This document shows, in pieces, positions 49,301-57,657 of a stretch of 64,000 nucleotides of DNA. The DNA lies in IMG/VR virus record IMGVR_UViG_3300042892_003815, positions 96,001 to 160,000 of that record; one strand, 5' to 3'. Source of the stretch: a virus. The notes under the pieces are model-generated. The model was given only the letters and a program-made list of their open reading frames with translations. It did no database searches and was not told the DNA's origin. Numbering within the stretch: position 1 is the first letter of the stretch; every line of letters starts with the position of its first letter. Made by a program: the position numbers and the translations under genes.

Positions 49301-49440
49301 CAACAATAGATTTACCGGGTGGTTTTATAAATACGAGTATACCAATATTTGGAAGTACGTCATCTGCATTTAGTTCTGGTTTATCAGTTGGTAATATATA
49401 TAGAGATACTACTGGAAATTTAAAGATGCTTTTACCTTAA
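46333..49440 (+). CDS. Tail fibre/tailspike-like protein, possible beta-helix receptor-binding domain
   Basis: 1035 aa, G/N/S/T-rich; YYVNG...GTRSKPFSSLQ resembles a beta-helix cap. Confidence 0.6.
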   Translation: MAIKITDNFQVNIKNPIDNRFVVGSQSIPGGTSSIYPTPFYAYRDDISSNIGFVYPGLRIWDFNDNLPYVWTGTTWSNENITGASVLSSGTPAFSAGGGYQNYITKFYDTSTVLTKSLFFDNNVHVSLGSITSVNPNNSGGLASPSLNGTPNGLTQGLHINGRIRTNAGFVGDGSYISGLNAENIGGGPLGTGTLKLPFISTNGVIPGATYVLTSNTTNSPMTQWQDILNVAPFWEPSNLPINTTLPNYSGAVLYSGQNTSANYYEFFSLVSSGLQIDAAVNGSVRIESKAGQNLGGGSASVYKQLNPTTKIHEFKTITSDFMNITEVGDVIKLDNNITSSSLQVSANGPHGITIEIPASFEGTDYYVNGFYNPSLTQLGTRSKPFSSLQNCLDKILNRGAFNDPNINNGLPYEKWEVRTGPNATKPSYTNGYISSLPGNGAVRVIIQSYVRAFENLAIHGVTYFLEKGGYNSHIVVIPSAINDTATGQPFEYLFDTTPLVDAAPRSNPYFTTNGIPNGTPLNNNPGELDYEITCGLEGSGTLTFEPGHTTRKGFIKHKGTNSYDWLIANPSSPLNTPAVFAAASNFPPQRGSYFSLGSVGGYISFNMYPLPTAASLITTAPHISGTVSMTMEDGNPYNREGTDMIGFLTTSTPTYGFIQVEGRNSMFYQSMWLNGTMVLTPIEQHMIFLKDYGSIYSDNGRIYMRRNYQNVVFSSVEYVSDRLNSQAFGANNLSAGNNGNYFRVISLGNTNPTSTAAGSWKGIAQPTSWRKAIGGATSPTPYPTISVGDVFRSNGTPATGTGTIAFCGKRYLPSTHVHDIYLKNGGSLQHGGDFYSQQNTGMTEGGADSFVCLENSIVSTGDTTHPNRYGRSSTFCEFSANGGGYVTNLHYNYYIKSILHTSYGDYSDNSVSFKNLKIDSSIFKGVIRVEDNFGNNWNKLAFGGTFKNCYIGNIRYGGTAIMPFSNMPIYIGDGNYGPVGNRKIVIGGTTIDLPGGFINTSIPIFGSTSSAFSSGLSVGNIYRDTTGNLKMLLP

Positions 49441-49444
49441 TAAT

Positions 49445-49476
49445 AAAAAAAGAGACTTTTGAAAGTCTCTTTTTTT
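49445..49476. terminator. Bidirectional intrinsic terminator
   Basis: AAAAAAAGAGACTTT-TG-AAAGTCTCTTTTTTT. Confidence 0.85.
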
Positions 49477-50158
49477 ATTCTTCTAGTTTTTCAAACCACC
49501 AATTGAAGTAAATATAATTATCTCCAACTAAGTTATATACATCTGAATTGTGTTTAATAACTATTTTATCATTATGTGATCTAATCAATTCAACTTCAAT
49601 TCCTTTTTCCATTCTTAATTGTTTTCCAGTTTCAACTGAATAACAAAGAACTTCATCATTTAAAAGTTTATACATACCAGGTTCTGGTTTCAACCAAGTT
49701 TTTAATGTTTTGATAATTAAACCTTTGATTTTAATAATCCATTCTTTAGGTTGATATAAATCCGCATCTTTAAAAACTTCTGATGTAAAGTCAGGTGAGT
49801 CCGACATCATATCTTCTATAACTCCCCAGTATTCTTCTTCACCAATAGTAAATGCTATATAAATATCATATTTTAATGAAGTTGATTTAACTATTCTTAA
49901 AACTTTTAATCTTTTAATATCTTGCTCTTCTAATGCTAATTTACTTCTAAGTGCTTTATAAGCATTAGTTCCTTTTAAATTATACATAATGTCATTGATA
50001 CGTGACATAGCCTGTCTAATCATATCTTGATTCTTATCAAAAGCATTTATAGACAATGATGGATCATCTACGTGTGTCGATGCTTGAACAGAATCAGAAT
50101 TCATTCTTTGAAGGTTAAATTCTGTAAATTCTAAAATTAGTTTATTTTGTCTTTTCAT
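49475..50158 (-). CDS. Hypothetical protein with capsid-targeting-like leader
   Basis: MKRQNKLILEFTEFN. Confidence 0.65.
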   Translation of the reverse strand: MKRQNKLILEFTEFNLQRMNSDSVQASTHVDDPSLSINAFDKNQDMIRQAMSRINDIMYNLKGTNAYKALRSKLALEEQDIKRLKVLRIVKSTSLKYDIYIAFTIGEEEYWGVIEDMMSDSPDFTSEVFKDADLYQPKEWIIKIKGLIIKTLKTWLKPEPGMYKLLNDEVLCYSVETGKQLRMEKGIEVELIRSHNDKIVIKHNSDVYNLVGDNYIYFNWWFEKLEE

Positions 50159-50162
50159 ATTA

Positions 50163-50174
50163 AATATATATATT
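50163..50174. promoter_or_regulatory. Palindromic AATATATATATT element shared by divergent genes (candidate bidirectional late promoter)
   Basis: Perfect 12-bp palindrome in a 35-nt divergent intergenic gap. Confidence 0.55.
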
Positions 50175-50193
50175 AAAATTATAATCCGATAAA

Positions 50194-50511
50194 ATGAAAA
50201 TAAAAAGATTTTTTGAAAGTGATCAAGTAGATATTTCCACAGAAAGAATAACAGAAGTTATGGATGAATTAAAAGACTTCATTGCTAATATAGAAGATAG
50301 ATCCAAAAAGATAGATGCACTAGGTACTGAATTAAGTAACTATAGAAATAGTTCTACTAAAAGTAATGATCAAATAGATGATTCAATTGCAGCTTTACAG
50401 ATAATTAAAAAAGATTTAGATGATTGTGTTGATAAATTAGATACGGTCGTAAATAATTTAGATTCATACAATGTGGACGGGAGAAAGTATCTTTATACTG
50501 AAAACAAATAA
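50194..50511 (+). CDS. Coiled-coil protein with capsid-targeting-like leader
   Basis: MKIKRFFES; heptad pattern. Confidence 0.65.
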   Translation: MKIKRFFESDQVDISTERITEVMDELKDFIANIEDRSKKIDALGTELSNYRNSSTKSNDQIDDSIAALQIIKKDLDDCVDKLDTVVNNLDSYNVDGRKYLYTENK

Positions 50512-50531
50512 TAATTAAATAGTATAATACT

Positions 50532-50669
50532 ATGTCATTTGCAGCGGGTTGGCCAGGAACCAATAATAGAGATAATCATCAGTATAATACTGGTTGGATG
50601 ATGTGGTTAGGTTTAAGACCTTCACGTAGAAAGAATAAAATTAAACGATTATTTAATGTTAGTAGGTAG
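50532..50669 (+). CDS. Small hypothetical protein (45 aa; not in ORF track)
   Basis: MSFAAGWPGTNNRDNHQYNTGWMMWLGLRPSRRKNKIKRLFNVSR; overlaps the next ORF by 14 nt. Confidence 0.45.
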   Translation: MSFAAGWPGTNNRDNHQYNTGWMMWLGLRPSRRKNKIKRLFNVSR

Positions 50670-50886
50670 AAAAGGTAAAGAAGTGGAACCAGGTTATATT
50701 TATACACCTTATGTAATGGCACAAAGTATAACTACTATCCAGTATAAACACTATTTTAGAAAAAGTAAGATTAGAAGATTACTTGGAATACCATCAGTAG
50801 ATAGTATAATAAAAAGTAGATATGCAACTAAAAAAGTAAATAATAATTTTTACACAACAATAGATATAAAAAAACCACTCAATTGA
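50656..50886 (+). CDS. Mini-protein resembling the C-terminus of a T4 gp23-like major capsid protein
   Basis: LVGRKG...EPGYIYTPYVMAQ...IKSRYA, compared with gp23-family VGYKG...AG..YAPY...KTRY. Confidence 0.45.
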   Translation: MLVGRKGKEVEPGYIYTPYVMAQSITTIQYKHYFRKSKIRRLLGIPSVDSIIKSRYATKKVNNNFYTTIDIKKPLN

Positions 50887-50895
50887 GTGGTTTTT
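50868..50895. terminator. Bidirectional intrinsic terminator
   Basis: AAAAAAACCACTCA-AT-TGAGTGGTTTTT. Confidence 0.85.
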
Positions 50896-50898
50896 ATT

Positions 50899-51429
50899 TT
50901 ATTTAGTAAATTTCAATTTGTAAAGAGTTTTATAAATTAAAACAACAATATCATCAATTATACTATGTAAGTGTGTATCTTCTGCAGAGATAGCTTTTCT
51001 ACCATGTTTTACAAATTCCACTAAAGATTCAAAGTATTCTACTTTTTCTTTAGTTCTTGTAGTATTAGTATCGATTACGTCATATCCATCAACAATACCA
51101 TATTGTCCTTGATATGTTTCGATTAAATCATCAATAAGTTCTAAAATACCTTCATAGTACTCATTTAATGCAGTATGTGCAGCGTGAGAACCTTGTTCAC
51201 CATTTACTTGTAAGTGGTAAATATGAGCCATCTCTCTTGATTCAAATAGTTTAGAGAAAAGTGAAACTGCACTTCCTGCATTTTCTCCTTCTTGTGGTTG
51301 TGGTTCTGGTTGTACAATTTTACCAGTTTGATCAACAACATTTTCTGGTTGTTGATCTACTTGTGGTAGATTAGCAGGAGCCACTTCTTCTTGTTCGTAG
51401 ATTTTTCTTATAGTAGAAAACTTTTTCAT
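50899..51429 (-). CDS. Ferritin/Dps-like protein (DUF5856-like) with capsid-targeting-like leader
   Basis: AHIYHLQ...SHAAH.AL.EYYE.I..LID.LIE.YQG.YG four-helix ferritin pattern. Confidence 0.7.
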   Translation of the reverse strand: MKKFSTIRKIYEQEEVAPANLPQVDQQPENVVDQTGKIVQPEPQPQEGENAGSAVSLFSKLFESREMAHIYHLQVNGEQGSHAAHTALNEYYEGILELIDDLIETYQGQYGIVDGYDVIDTNTTRTKEKVEYFESLVEFVKHGRKAISAEDTHLHSIIDDIVVLIYKTLYKLKFTK

Positions 51430-51510
51430 AATAAATTATTATTTTTTGTTTATATATTATTTTTCGATATATAACTTTTAATATATATATTAAAATTTAG
51501 AACATTAAAT

Positions 51511-51705
51511 ATGAAATTCATTAAAAAATATCAAATGTTTACGGAAGAGGTTGTAATAGATACACCTACTGCACCAGTAAAACCGATTTCTACAGAAGAA
51601 GATATATTGGAAGCATCAGAAGTTGATGTGATTGATAGATTTGCAAGACTTTATAAAGACTTACCAAAAGAAGAAAAACAACAAATAAATAATTACTTTA
51701 AATAA
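51511..51705 (+). CDS. Small protein with capsid-targeting-like leader
   Basis: MKFIKKYQMFTEE. Confidence 0.6.
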   Translation: MKFIKKYQMFTEEVVIDTPTAPVKPISTEEDILEASEVDVIDRFARLYKDLPKEEKQQINNYFK

Positions 51706-51706
51706 T

Positions 51707-53431
51707 ATGAGAAAATTTTCAGATTTTATAAAAGAAGAAATAGATTTAAGAGGTAATAGAGGTATTCCAGGCGACTTTATGAGAAATTCAGAGGAAGAGG
51801 CTGGGAGAAATCTAGGTGTTAGAATTGATGATGAGAGTCAAATGAGAACTATTTGGCCACAGTTTCAACAATTGATGAACCAATCTATGCAACTAATGAT
51901 GCAAGGTCCTGATGGTAGACCATTAGGTAGAGAACAAATGCAAACAAGACTTGTGGCACTTCAAAACTTAGCAAAAGATGTTATTATGGATGAGTATGGT
52001 GAAATACTTGAATCATCTGCAAAACCAGTAGAACTTGATATAAGATTAGTAAATCCAAATGAAGTTATAAGACAAATCTCAGATTTAAGAGATGTTCCAC
52101 AAAATGCTAGAACACCACGTGAAGATGATACACATGAAGAAGATGAAGAAGACCAAACTGAACAAGATCAACAAGATAGTGATTGTGCAGATGGATCTTG
52201 CTCTAGTGTTGAAGGTGTGGATGAACCTACAGAAGAACCAGAAGATATAACTGGTAATGTTTTGACTGCATCATTAAAGAAGAAGATTCTTAATATGTTG
52301 ACTCAAGGTGAAGGTAAAGCAACTAAAGATATTATTAAGTTCTCACCACTTGTTGAGAATGGTTTACAACAAATATTTGGTGCAAATGGTGCAAGAATTT
52401 TAAGAATTTGGTCAGATATGTCTGACACTGCCGATAAAATGGACTGGGTTATTCCAATTGCAAATAAAGCATCAATGATGAGTAATAATCCAGGTGGAAT
52501 GGCTGGAGCAACAGATGTTACATGGGAAAGTTTAAATAACAGTATTTTCTCAATTGAACTATTGAAAGAAAACCAAAATTTTAATAAAATTACTATTAAA
52601 GCAGTCGGTGTTGATTTCCCAATGTTGATTCATGAAACAGTTAAAGGTATTTACTTGTTGATTCAATCTGCTGCTATTAAAAAAGATAAAGAGTTTGCTA
52701 AAAAAGTAAAAACCGCAACTTCATCATTTATGGATGAGGCACAAGATTTTAGATATGGTGTAACTGCACAAGCAATGTTTAATGATTTTGTAAATGCTTG
52801 TAAAGATTCTCAAAAGTATAAACAAATGAGAACTAGAATATTTAGACTTTTGGCTAATGATAAAGATAAACTAACTTCAAAAGCAATAGAAATTTCTAAA
52901 ACTGATAAAGACTTAGGTGCTATTATTAAAAAAGATGCAGATCTTGCCTTATCTGATAATAAATTCTTAGAAGTATTTAATAGTTTATTCTCAGTTTTTG
53001 ATAAAAAGATGGAGGCAGGTAAATTGGTATTCTTTATAAATGCAGAAAGATTTAATCAATCAGAAGCGAAATTAGTAATTGAAAAACTAATTACACATGT
53101 TGTTGAGACAGAAGAAGATTACGAACGTTCTCTAAGAGAATGGGAGATGGAACAACAATTTGGACCTAAAACTAATTATGATGAACCAGAAGTTCCCGAA
53201 ATGGCAGGAGAAGAGAATAGTACTCCAACTGAAACAGAAGATGATGGTGTTTATTCTGATGAAGACTTATCAAAAATGAGACAGAAAGATATACAAGAAC
53301 TTGTAGATGACGCCTTAGATAAAGGAGATTATACAGAGGTTCAAAGACTTACTAAGTTTCTTAAAGAAGGAGCTGAAATCTATTTAAAAGAAATAGAAAG
53401 AATAAACGAAAACCAACACACAAGAAGATAA
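51707..53431 (+). CDS. Large hypothetical (probable head-internal) protein
   Basis: MRKFSDFIKEE leader; acidic linkers. Confidence 0.65.
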   Translation: MRKFSDFIKEEIDLRGNRGIPGDFMRNSEEEAGRNLGVRIDDESQMRTIWPQFQQLMNQSMQLMMQGPDGRPLGREQMQTRLVALQNLAKDVIMDEYGEILESSAKPVELDIRLVNPNEVIRQISDLRDVPQNARTPREDDTHEEDEEDQTEQDQQDSDCADGSCSSVEGVDEPTEEPEDITGNVLTASLKKKILNMLTQGEGKATKDIIKFSPLVENGLQQIFGANGARILRIWSDMSDTADKMDWVIPIANKASMMSNNPGGMAGATDVTWESLNNSIFSIELLKENQNFNKITIKAVGVDFPMLIHETVKGIYLLIQSAAIKKDKEFAKKVKTATSSFMDEAQDFRYGVTAQAMFNDFVNACKDSQKYKQMRTRIFRLLANDKDKLTSKAIEISKTDKDLGAIIKKDADLALSDNKFLEVFNSLFSVFDKKMEAGKLVFFINAERFNQSEAKLVIEKLITHVVETEEDYERSLREWEMEQQFGPKTNYDEPEVPEMAGEENSTPTETEDDGVYSDEDLSKMRQKDIQELVDDALDKGDYTEVQRLTKFLKEGAEIYLKEIERINENQHTRR

Positions 53432-53446
53432 AAATAAATTAAATTG

Positions 53447-55522
53447 ATGAAACTTTTTAAATACAACCAATTTCTAAATACCGATGTTTTAAATGAAAAC
53501 TTGGATAAAGCTAAGAAATTTCTAAAGGAAAGATATACTTTACTAACTGCCGCTAAAGAACTTGATTTACTTCAAGGTGAATTGGCTGCACAGATTGAAC
53601 ATAAAGAAATTAGATCTGTTAGATTGATTGATTTTCAACCAGAAGCAAGAGAACAAATTAAAATGAAATTGAGAGACATTTCAGTTACTCCTGAACTTCT
53701 TAAAACATTTGATAAAACACCTGAGTTTACTGCAGTAAGAACATTAAAAACAAAAGTTAAAGGTTCAAAAGGTGAGAAAGAATTTCAATTAGATAGAGAC
53801 AATATTGGTTGGCTATCTAACTTTACTTACTTCTATTATTTTGAGAATGTTCCATTAGAAGATTTATCAGTAGTTTATAGAAGATTATTACAAAACAAAG
53901 ACATTTTACAAAATCTTACAATCGAAAAGGATAAAGGTGTATTTACAAAAATACAATTTGATGCTAATTTTATAAATGAGAATGTATTTAATAACATTGA
54001 GTTACTAACTGACGGATTAGATAGATTAGAAAGTTCAAGAAAGATTAAAAAAATGTATGATACGTTAACTCCTGAGTTAAAAAAATCATATGACGATGCA
54101 TCTGACTTAAATAAGAATAGATTCTTATCGGTTGCGGTTGGTTTCGAACAATTAGGATTGAGAAATGATGGTACTGTTGATGAGGCAAAGAAAAAAGAAG
54201 TATGGGATAGTTTCTTTGGTAGAATGTCACCAGACACAAGACCATTAAAACCAGATGGTAGTCCAAATCCAACTTTTGGTAAAATAGTTTATCAATCAAC
54301 ATTAAAAAGATACGAGAATATACACGCATTCATTATTGCAGCAAATGGTCACTTAGCATCTTATGAGATGGATGGATTCACTAAATTCAATGAATTGATT
54401 ACTACTTGTAACTCAAGACTAGGTGCTGCAGGTGTTGAGAAAGTTTTCAATGAAAATGGTATTCTTATTTTAGAGGTAAACTCATTTGCAGCCAATCAAA
54501 TTGTAAATGGACACACCTCTCACTGTATTAAGGATAGTAAATATCAATGGGATAGTTATGTAGAAAATCATGATAATAAACAATACTATATTTATAACTT
54601 CCACGTACCATTGAGAGATGATTTCTCTACAATTGGTATTACAATTGAACCAGGAAAAAGAGTTAGAGCGTGTCATAATAGACCGGATCACTCTGTTGGT
54701 ACAGAACAATTTAAAAACATATTAAAAAAATGGGAGAATGAATATAACATTGATAAAGATTTATGGTCATTCTTCTTACCAATGGATGGTGAAGAAATTA
54801 GAAAAAGACAAAAAGCCAAAGAAGCTAATAGGGAAATTGTTAAACCTGGATTAAGTATGGCTAAAATTATTGAATATGTTACTGAATATGGTGCAGACAT
54901 CAATAAAGATAACGCAAAATGTTTATTTAATGCTGTATCGGAAGATAACTATGAAAAAGTAGAATTGATCTTAAAATTAGGTGGATTACCTAACTTAGCA
55001 AAAGGGAAAGATGCTCCTATTTCAAAGGCAACAAATCTTAATATGATTAAACTTTTAGTTGATTACGGTTCAGAGATGACAAGTGATGTATTTAAAAGTG
55101 TTGTTCCTGATACAGAAGCATTAGATTATTGTTTAAAAGCAGGTTTAGATCCATTATTTAGTCATAATATGCCACTTAGAAAATGTTTCCAAGGTAACTA
55201 TGAACAAATGCCTGGTTATCCAACTGCTAAACAAAAAGGAGAACCTTACTGGGAATCATTCTTAATGATGATGAAATATCTTGAAAGAAAAGATGTTGTT
55301 CAAACACTTTTAAATAAAGGTGGTATGATCACTAAATGGGCAACTGACTATGGTAGAACAGAATGTTTAGAATATTTTGAAAAAACAGGAGTTTATAAAA
55401 AATACAATGATAAAGAATGGAAAGATTTATTTGAATGGGTAGAAATTGCTAGAATGAGTAGTGATAAAACTAAAGAAGAAACTTTAAAATTTATCAAAGA
55501 ATTAAAAGAAAGAAATTCATAA
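53447..55522 (+). CDS. Hypothetical protein with capsid-targeting-like leader, HC/WC-motif domain and ankyrin-like repeats
   Basis: MKLFKYNQFLN..VLNE; TSHCIK...WDSY; YGADIN....LFNAV....YEKVELILKLGG. Confidence 0.65.
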   Translation: MKLFKYNQFLNTDVLNENLDKAKKFLKERYTLLTAAKELDLLQGELAAQIEHKEIRSVRLIDFQPEAREQIKMKLRDISVTPELLKTFDKTPEFTAVRTLKTKVKGSKGEKEFQLDRDNIGWLSNFTYFYYFENVPLEDLSVVYRRLLQNKDILQNLTIEKDKGVFTKIQFDANFINENVFNNIELLTDGLDRLESSRKIKKMYDTLTPELKKSYDDASDLNKNRFLSVAVGFEQLGLRNDGTVDEAKKKEVWDSFFGRMSPDTRPLKPDGSPNPTFGKIVYQSTLKRYENIHAFIIAANGHLASYEMDGFTKFNELITTCNSRLGAAGVEKVFNENGILILEVNSFAANQIVNGHTSHCIKDSKYQWDSYVENHDNKQYYIYNFHVPLRDDFSTIGITIEPGKRVRACHNRPDHSVGTEQFKNILKKWENEYNIDKDLWSFFLPMDGEEIRKRQKAKEANREIVKPGLSMAKIIEYVTEYGADINKDNAKCLFNAVSEDNYEKVELILKLGGLPNLAKGKDAPISKATNLNMIKLLVDYGSEMTSDVFKSVVPDTEALDYCLKAGLDPLFSHNMPLRKCFQGNYEQMPGYPTAKQKGEPYWESFLMMMKYLERKDVVQTLLNKGGMITKWATDYGRTECLEYFEKTGVYKKYNDKEWKDLFEWVEIARMSSDKTKEETLKFIKELKERNS

Positions 55523-55527
55523 AAAGT

Positions 55528-55553
55528 AAAAACCAATCATTAAGATTGGTTTT
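55528..55553. terminator. Bidirectional intrinsic terminator
   Basis: AAAAACCAATC-ATTAA-GATTGGTTTT. Confidence 0.8.
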
Positions 55554-56265
55554 CTTTTTTTATTACCATATAGATTAGATACGCATCATTTACATCTTCA
55601 TAAGGCTTCTGTATCTGTTTAGGTTCTAATATGTCTGTTTTAATAAACTTACAATGTTTAGCCCAATAATCATCTAAACAATCATTATCAACAATTGCTA
55701 AGAACATATCTGTCTTAGTGAATTTTCCACCAGGTATTCCAAGTGGGTTTCTCCATTCTTCTTTAATAGTGATTTTCTTTTTACCTATCTCTTTAATAAT
55801 CGGTGCATAAGTCAATTTACAAGATTCTAACTTTAATGTAGAAGGAGAAAGTACAAAAATATCTTCTGATATTTTATCAAATAGTTTCTTTCTTAAAATA
55901 GTAGAAAAAGTAACTAAATCAATAATATCTCCAGCAGCAGATGAAAATGAATAACCTTCAATTCCAATTTTAGTAGGTTTATTAGTGTCAATATTTTCTA
56001 ATATGTCACTAATAATGGTATCACTAATTTTATCATAATCTTTTAGTTTTACTAATTCACCTTCTGAATAATCTTTATATTCACGATACTCAATAAATTT
56101 ATAAGTAATAAATTCTTCTGCTAAGCCAAACCACTTTGTGATTCCTTTTTTACCAAATACTTTAGACTCTCTACAATAGTTGTAAATTTTAAATGTATCT
56201 CCTGATGAAACAACCAATGCGGTTGAAATAAGAGATGGGTCAATTGCTATAATGTTATATTCCAT
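55540..56265 (-). CDS. ruvC: RuvC-like Holliday junction resolvase
   Basis: IIAIDPSL.STAL, IGIEGYSF, K...G...K..M, DVNDAY acidic catalytic pattern. Confidence 0.72.
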   Translation of the reverse strand: MEYNIIAIDPSLISTALVVSSGDTFKIYNYCRESKVFGKKGITKWFGLAEEFITYKFIEYREYKDYSEGELVKLKDYDKISDTIISDILENIDTNKPTKIGIEGYSFSSAAGDIIDLVTFSTILRKKLFDKISEDIFVLSPSTLKLESCKLTYAPIIKEIGKKKITIKEEWRNPLGIPGGKFTKTDMFLAIVDNDCLDDYWAKHCKFIKTDILEPKQIQKPYEDVNDAYLIYMVIKKENQS

Positions 56266-56302
56266 AAACTATATAGTAATGCTACATGTTTTCCTTTTTT
56301 AT

Positions 56303-56333
56303 TTTGTTTATTAAAATAATTATTGTATATTTG
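56303..56333 (+). promoter_or_regulatory. Bacteroidota promoter TTTG-N19-TATATTTG
   Basis: -33 at 56303-56306 and -7 at 56326-56333; implies the true start is ATG 56350. Confidence 0.7.
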
Positions 56334-56349
56334 TAGAAATAATAAAAAT

Positions 56350-56802
56350 ATGACGGGTAAGAAATTAAATCATTCTGATGCACTTAAATTTATTTTCGCA
56401 GGTAAATCAACATTTACCGTTATCAATACTCAAACTGATAACAGATTTACATTCTCTTTAAAACTATCAAAAACTAGTAATCTATTTTTTGTTAAAGTTT
56501 TATCTGGACCTGATACCTATACTTACATTGGAACTTGTGCAAATGGATACTTTAAACATTCAAAAAAATCTGTTATTTCTGTAGATGCACAATCTGTAAA
56601 AGCTTTTAATTACATTCTTAATAGACTAAGAATGAATACTCTTCAAGATTTTGTTGAGATATGGCACGAGGGTAAATGTGGGAAGTGTGGTAAAGCTTTA
56701 ACAGTACCATCTAGTATAGAGAACGGATTAGGACCAAGTTGTCTTAAAAAGCTCTCTAAACAAGAAAAACGAGATAAGTTTTTAGAACTAATTTTAGCAT
56801 AA
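56350..56802 (+). CDS. DUF6011-like zinc-finger protein
   Basis: CGKCGKALTVPSSIENGLGPSC. Confidence 0.72.
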   Translation: MTGKKLNHSDALKFIFAGKSTFTVINTQTDNRFTFSLKLSKTSNLFFVKVLSGPDTYTYIGTCANGYFKHSKKSVISVDAQSVKAFNYILNRLRMNTLQDFVEIWHEGKCGKCGKALTVPSSIENGLGPSCLKKLSKQEKRDKFLELILA

Positions 56803-57335
56803 TGACAGTATCATTCTTTTTTACCATACTATCATTTTTAGTAATGATTATTGTATCAGTTCTAACATATAGATTACATAGGAAAAAAAAACTAATAACA
56901 TTTGATGTACAACAAGGTATCAAATGTTATTCGTGTAAACAGGATATTGTACCAGATATAGAACAAAATCAACTAGATAAATTTAATCAACTTAGTAACA
57001 TATATACAAGAATTTCACAAGATGAAAAGTCACAAGATTTTAAAATGTGTATGTCTTGTAGTAGAGACGAAAAGTTACAAGATCTGACTAGTAAATTTTT
57101 TATAAAAAAACAGAATATCAACAATATTAAAAGATCACTTTACTCTAAAAAACTTGATAAGATGTTTATCTTATTTCTTTTTATAATGATTTTTGGGCAT
57201 GTTATTGATTTTACTATCAGATATTACTCTGATTTAAAAACACCATTTGGATCTTTATTTACAATACTTTATTGGCTTCTTTGGTATAAGAAAAGTACTT
57301 TAAGTTATGGAGAAAACAAAAAACCCTCAAATTAG
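56802..57335 (+). CDS. Membrane protein with CxxC...CxxC zinc ribbon
   Basis: N- and C-terminal hydrophobic helices; CYSC and CMSC. Confidence 0.62.
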   Translation: MTVSFFFTILSFLVMIIVSVLTYRLHRKKKLITFDVQQGIKCYSCKQDIVPDIEQNQLDKFNQLSNIYTRISQDEKSQDFKMCMSCSRDEKLQDLTSKFFIKKQNINNIKRSLYSKKLDKMFILFLFIMIFGHVIDFTIRYYSDLKTPFGSLFTILYWLLWYKKSTLSYGENKKPSN

Positions 57336-57349
57336 ATTTGAGGGTTTTT
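57318..57349. terminator. Bidirectional intrinsic terminator
   Basis: AAAAAACCCTCAAAT-TAG-ATTTGAGGGTTTTT. Confidence 0.85.
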
Positions 57350-57429
57350 CAGGGTCAACCGGTTAGTTGAACTTCCACCACCTTATTTTGAGAAATAAGG
57401 AAAAATAAACTATAAACTACTACTACTTA

Positions 57430-57603
57430 TTACTGAGCTTTAGCTTCATTAACCGATTCCGTTCTGTAAGGAGTTACTAATTTTTTAATTTCTCCTAATG
57501 CTTTACGAGCATCTGCATCAGATTTTTTAGTTGTTTTGTTGTGGTTTGTATCAAATTGTTCCCACAAAGTTTTTAACTGTTCGTAAATTTCTTGTTTTGT
57601 CAT
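57430..57603 (-). CDS. Histone H1-like Hc1-family nucleoid protein (start re-assigned to MTKQE)
   Basis: ARKALGEIKKL...YR..S resembles Bacteroidota Hc1-family proteins. Confidence 0.55.
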   Translation of the reverse strand: MTKQEIYEQLKTLWEQFDTNHNKTTKKSDADARKALGEIKKLVTPYRTESVNEAKAQ

Positions 57604-57657
57604 AATAATTTTATTTTTTTTTGTTTTTAAACCCACTTATTTAAGGGGTTTTAATTT

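Noticed and set aside
57358-57429. Stop-codon readthrough extension of the Hc1-like gene (VVVVYSLFFL...QLTG)
   Set aside because: Two consecutive TAA stops; the segment is better explained as structured RNA.
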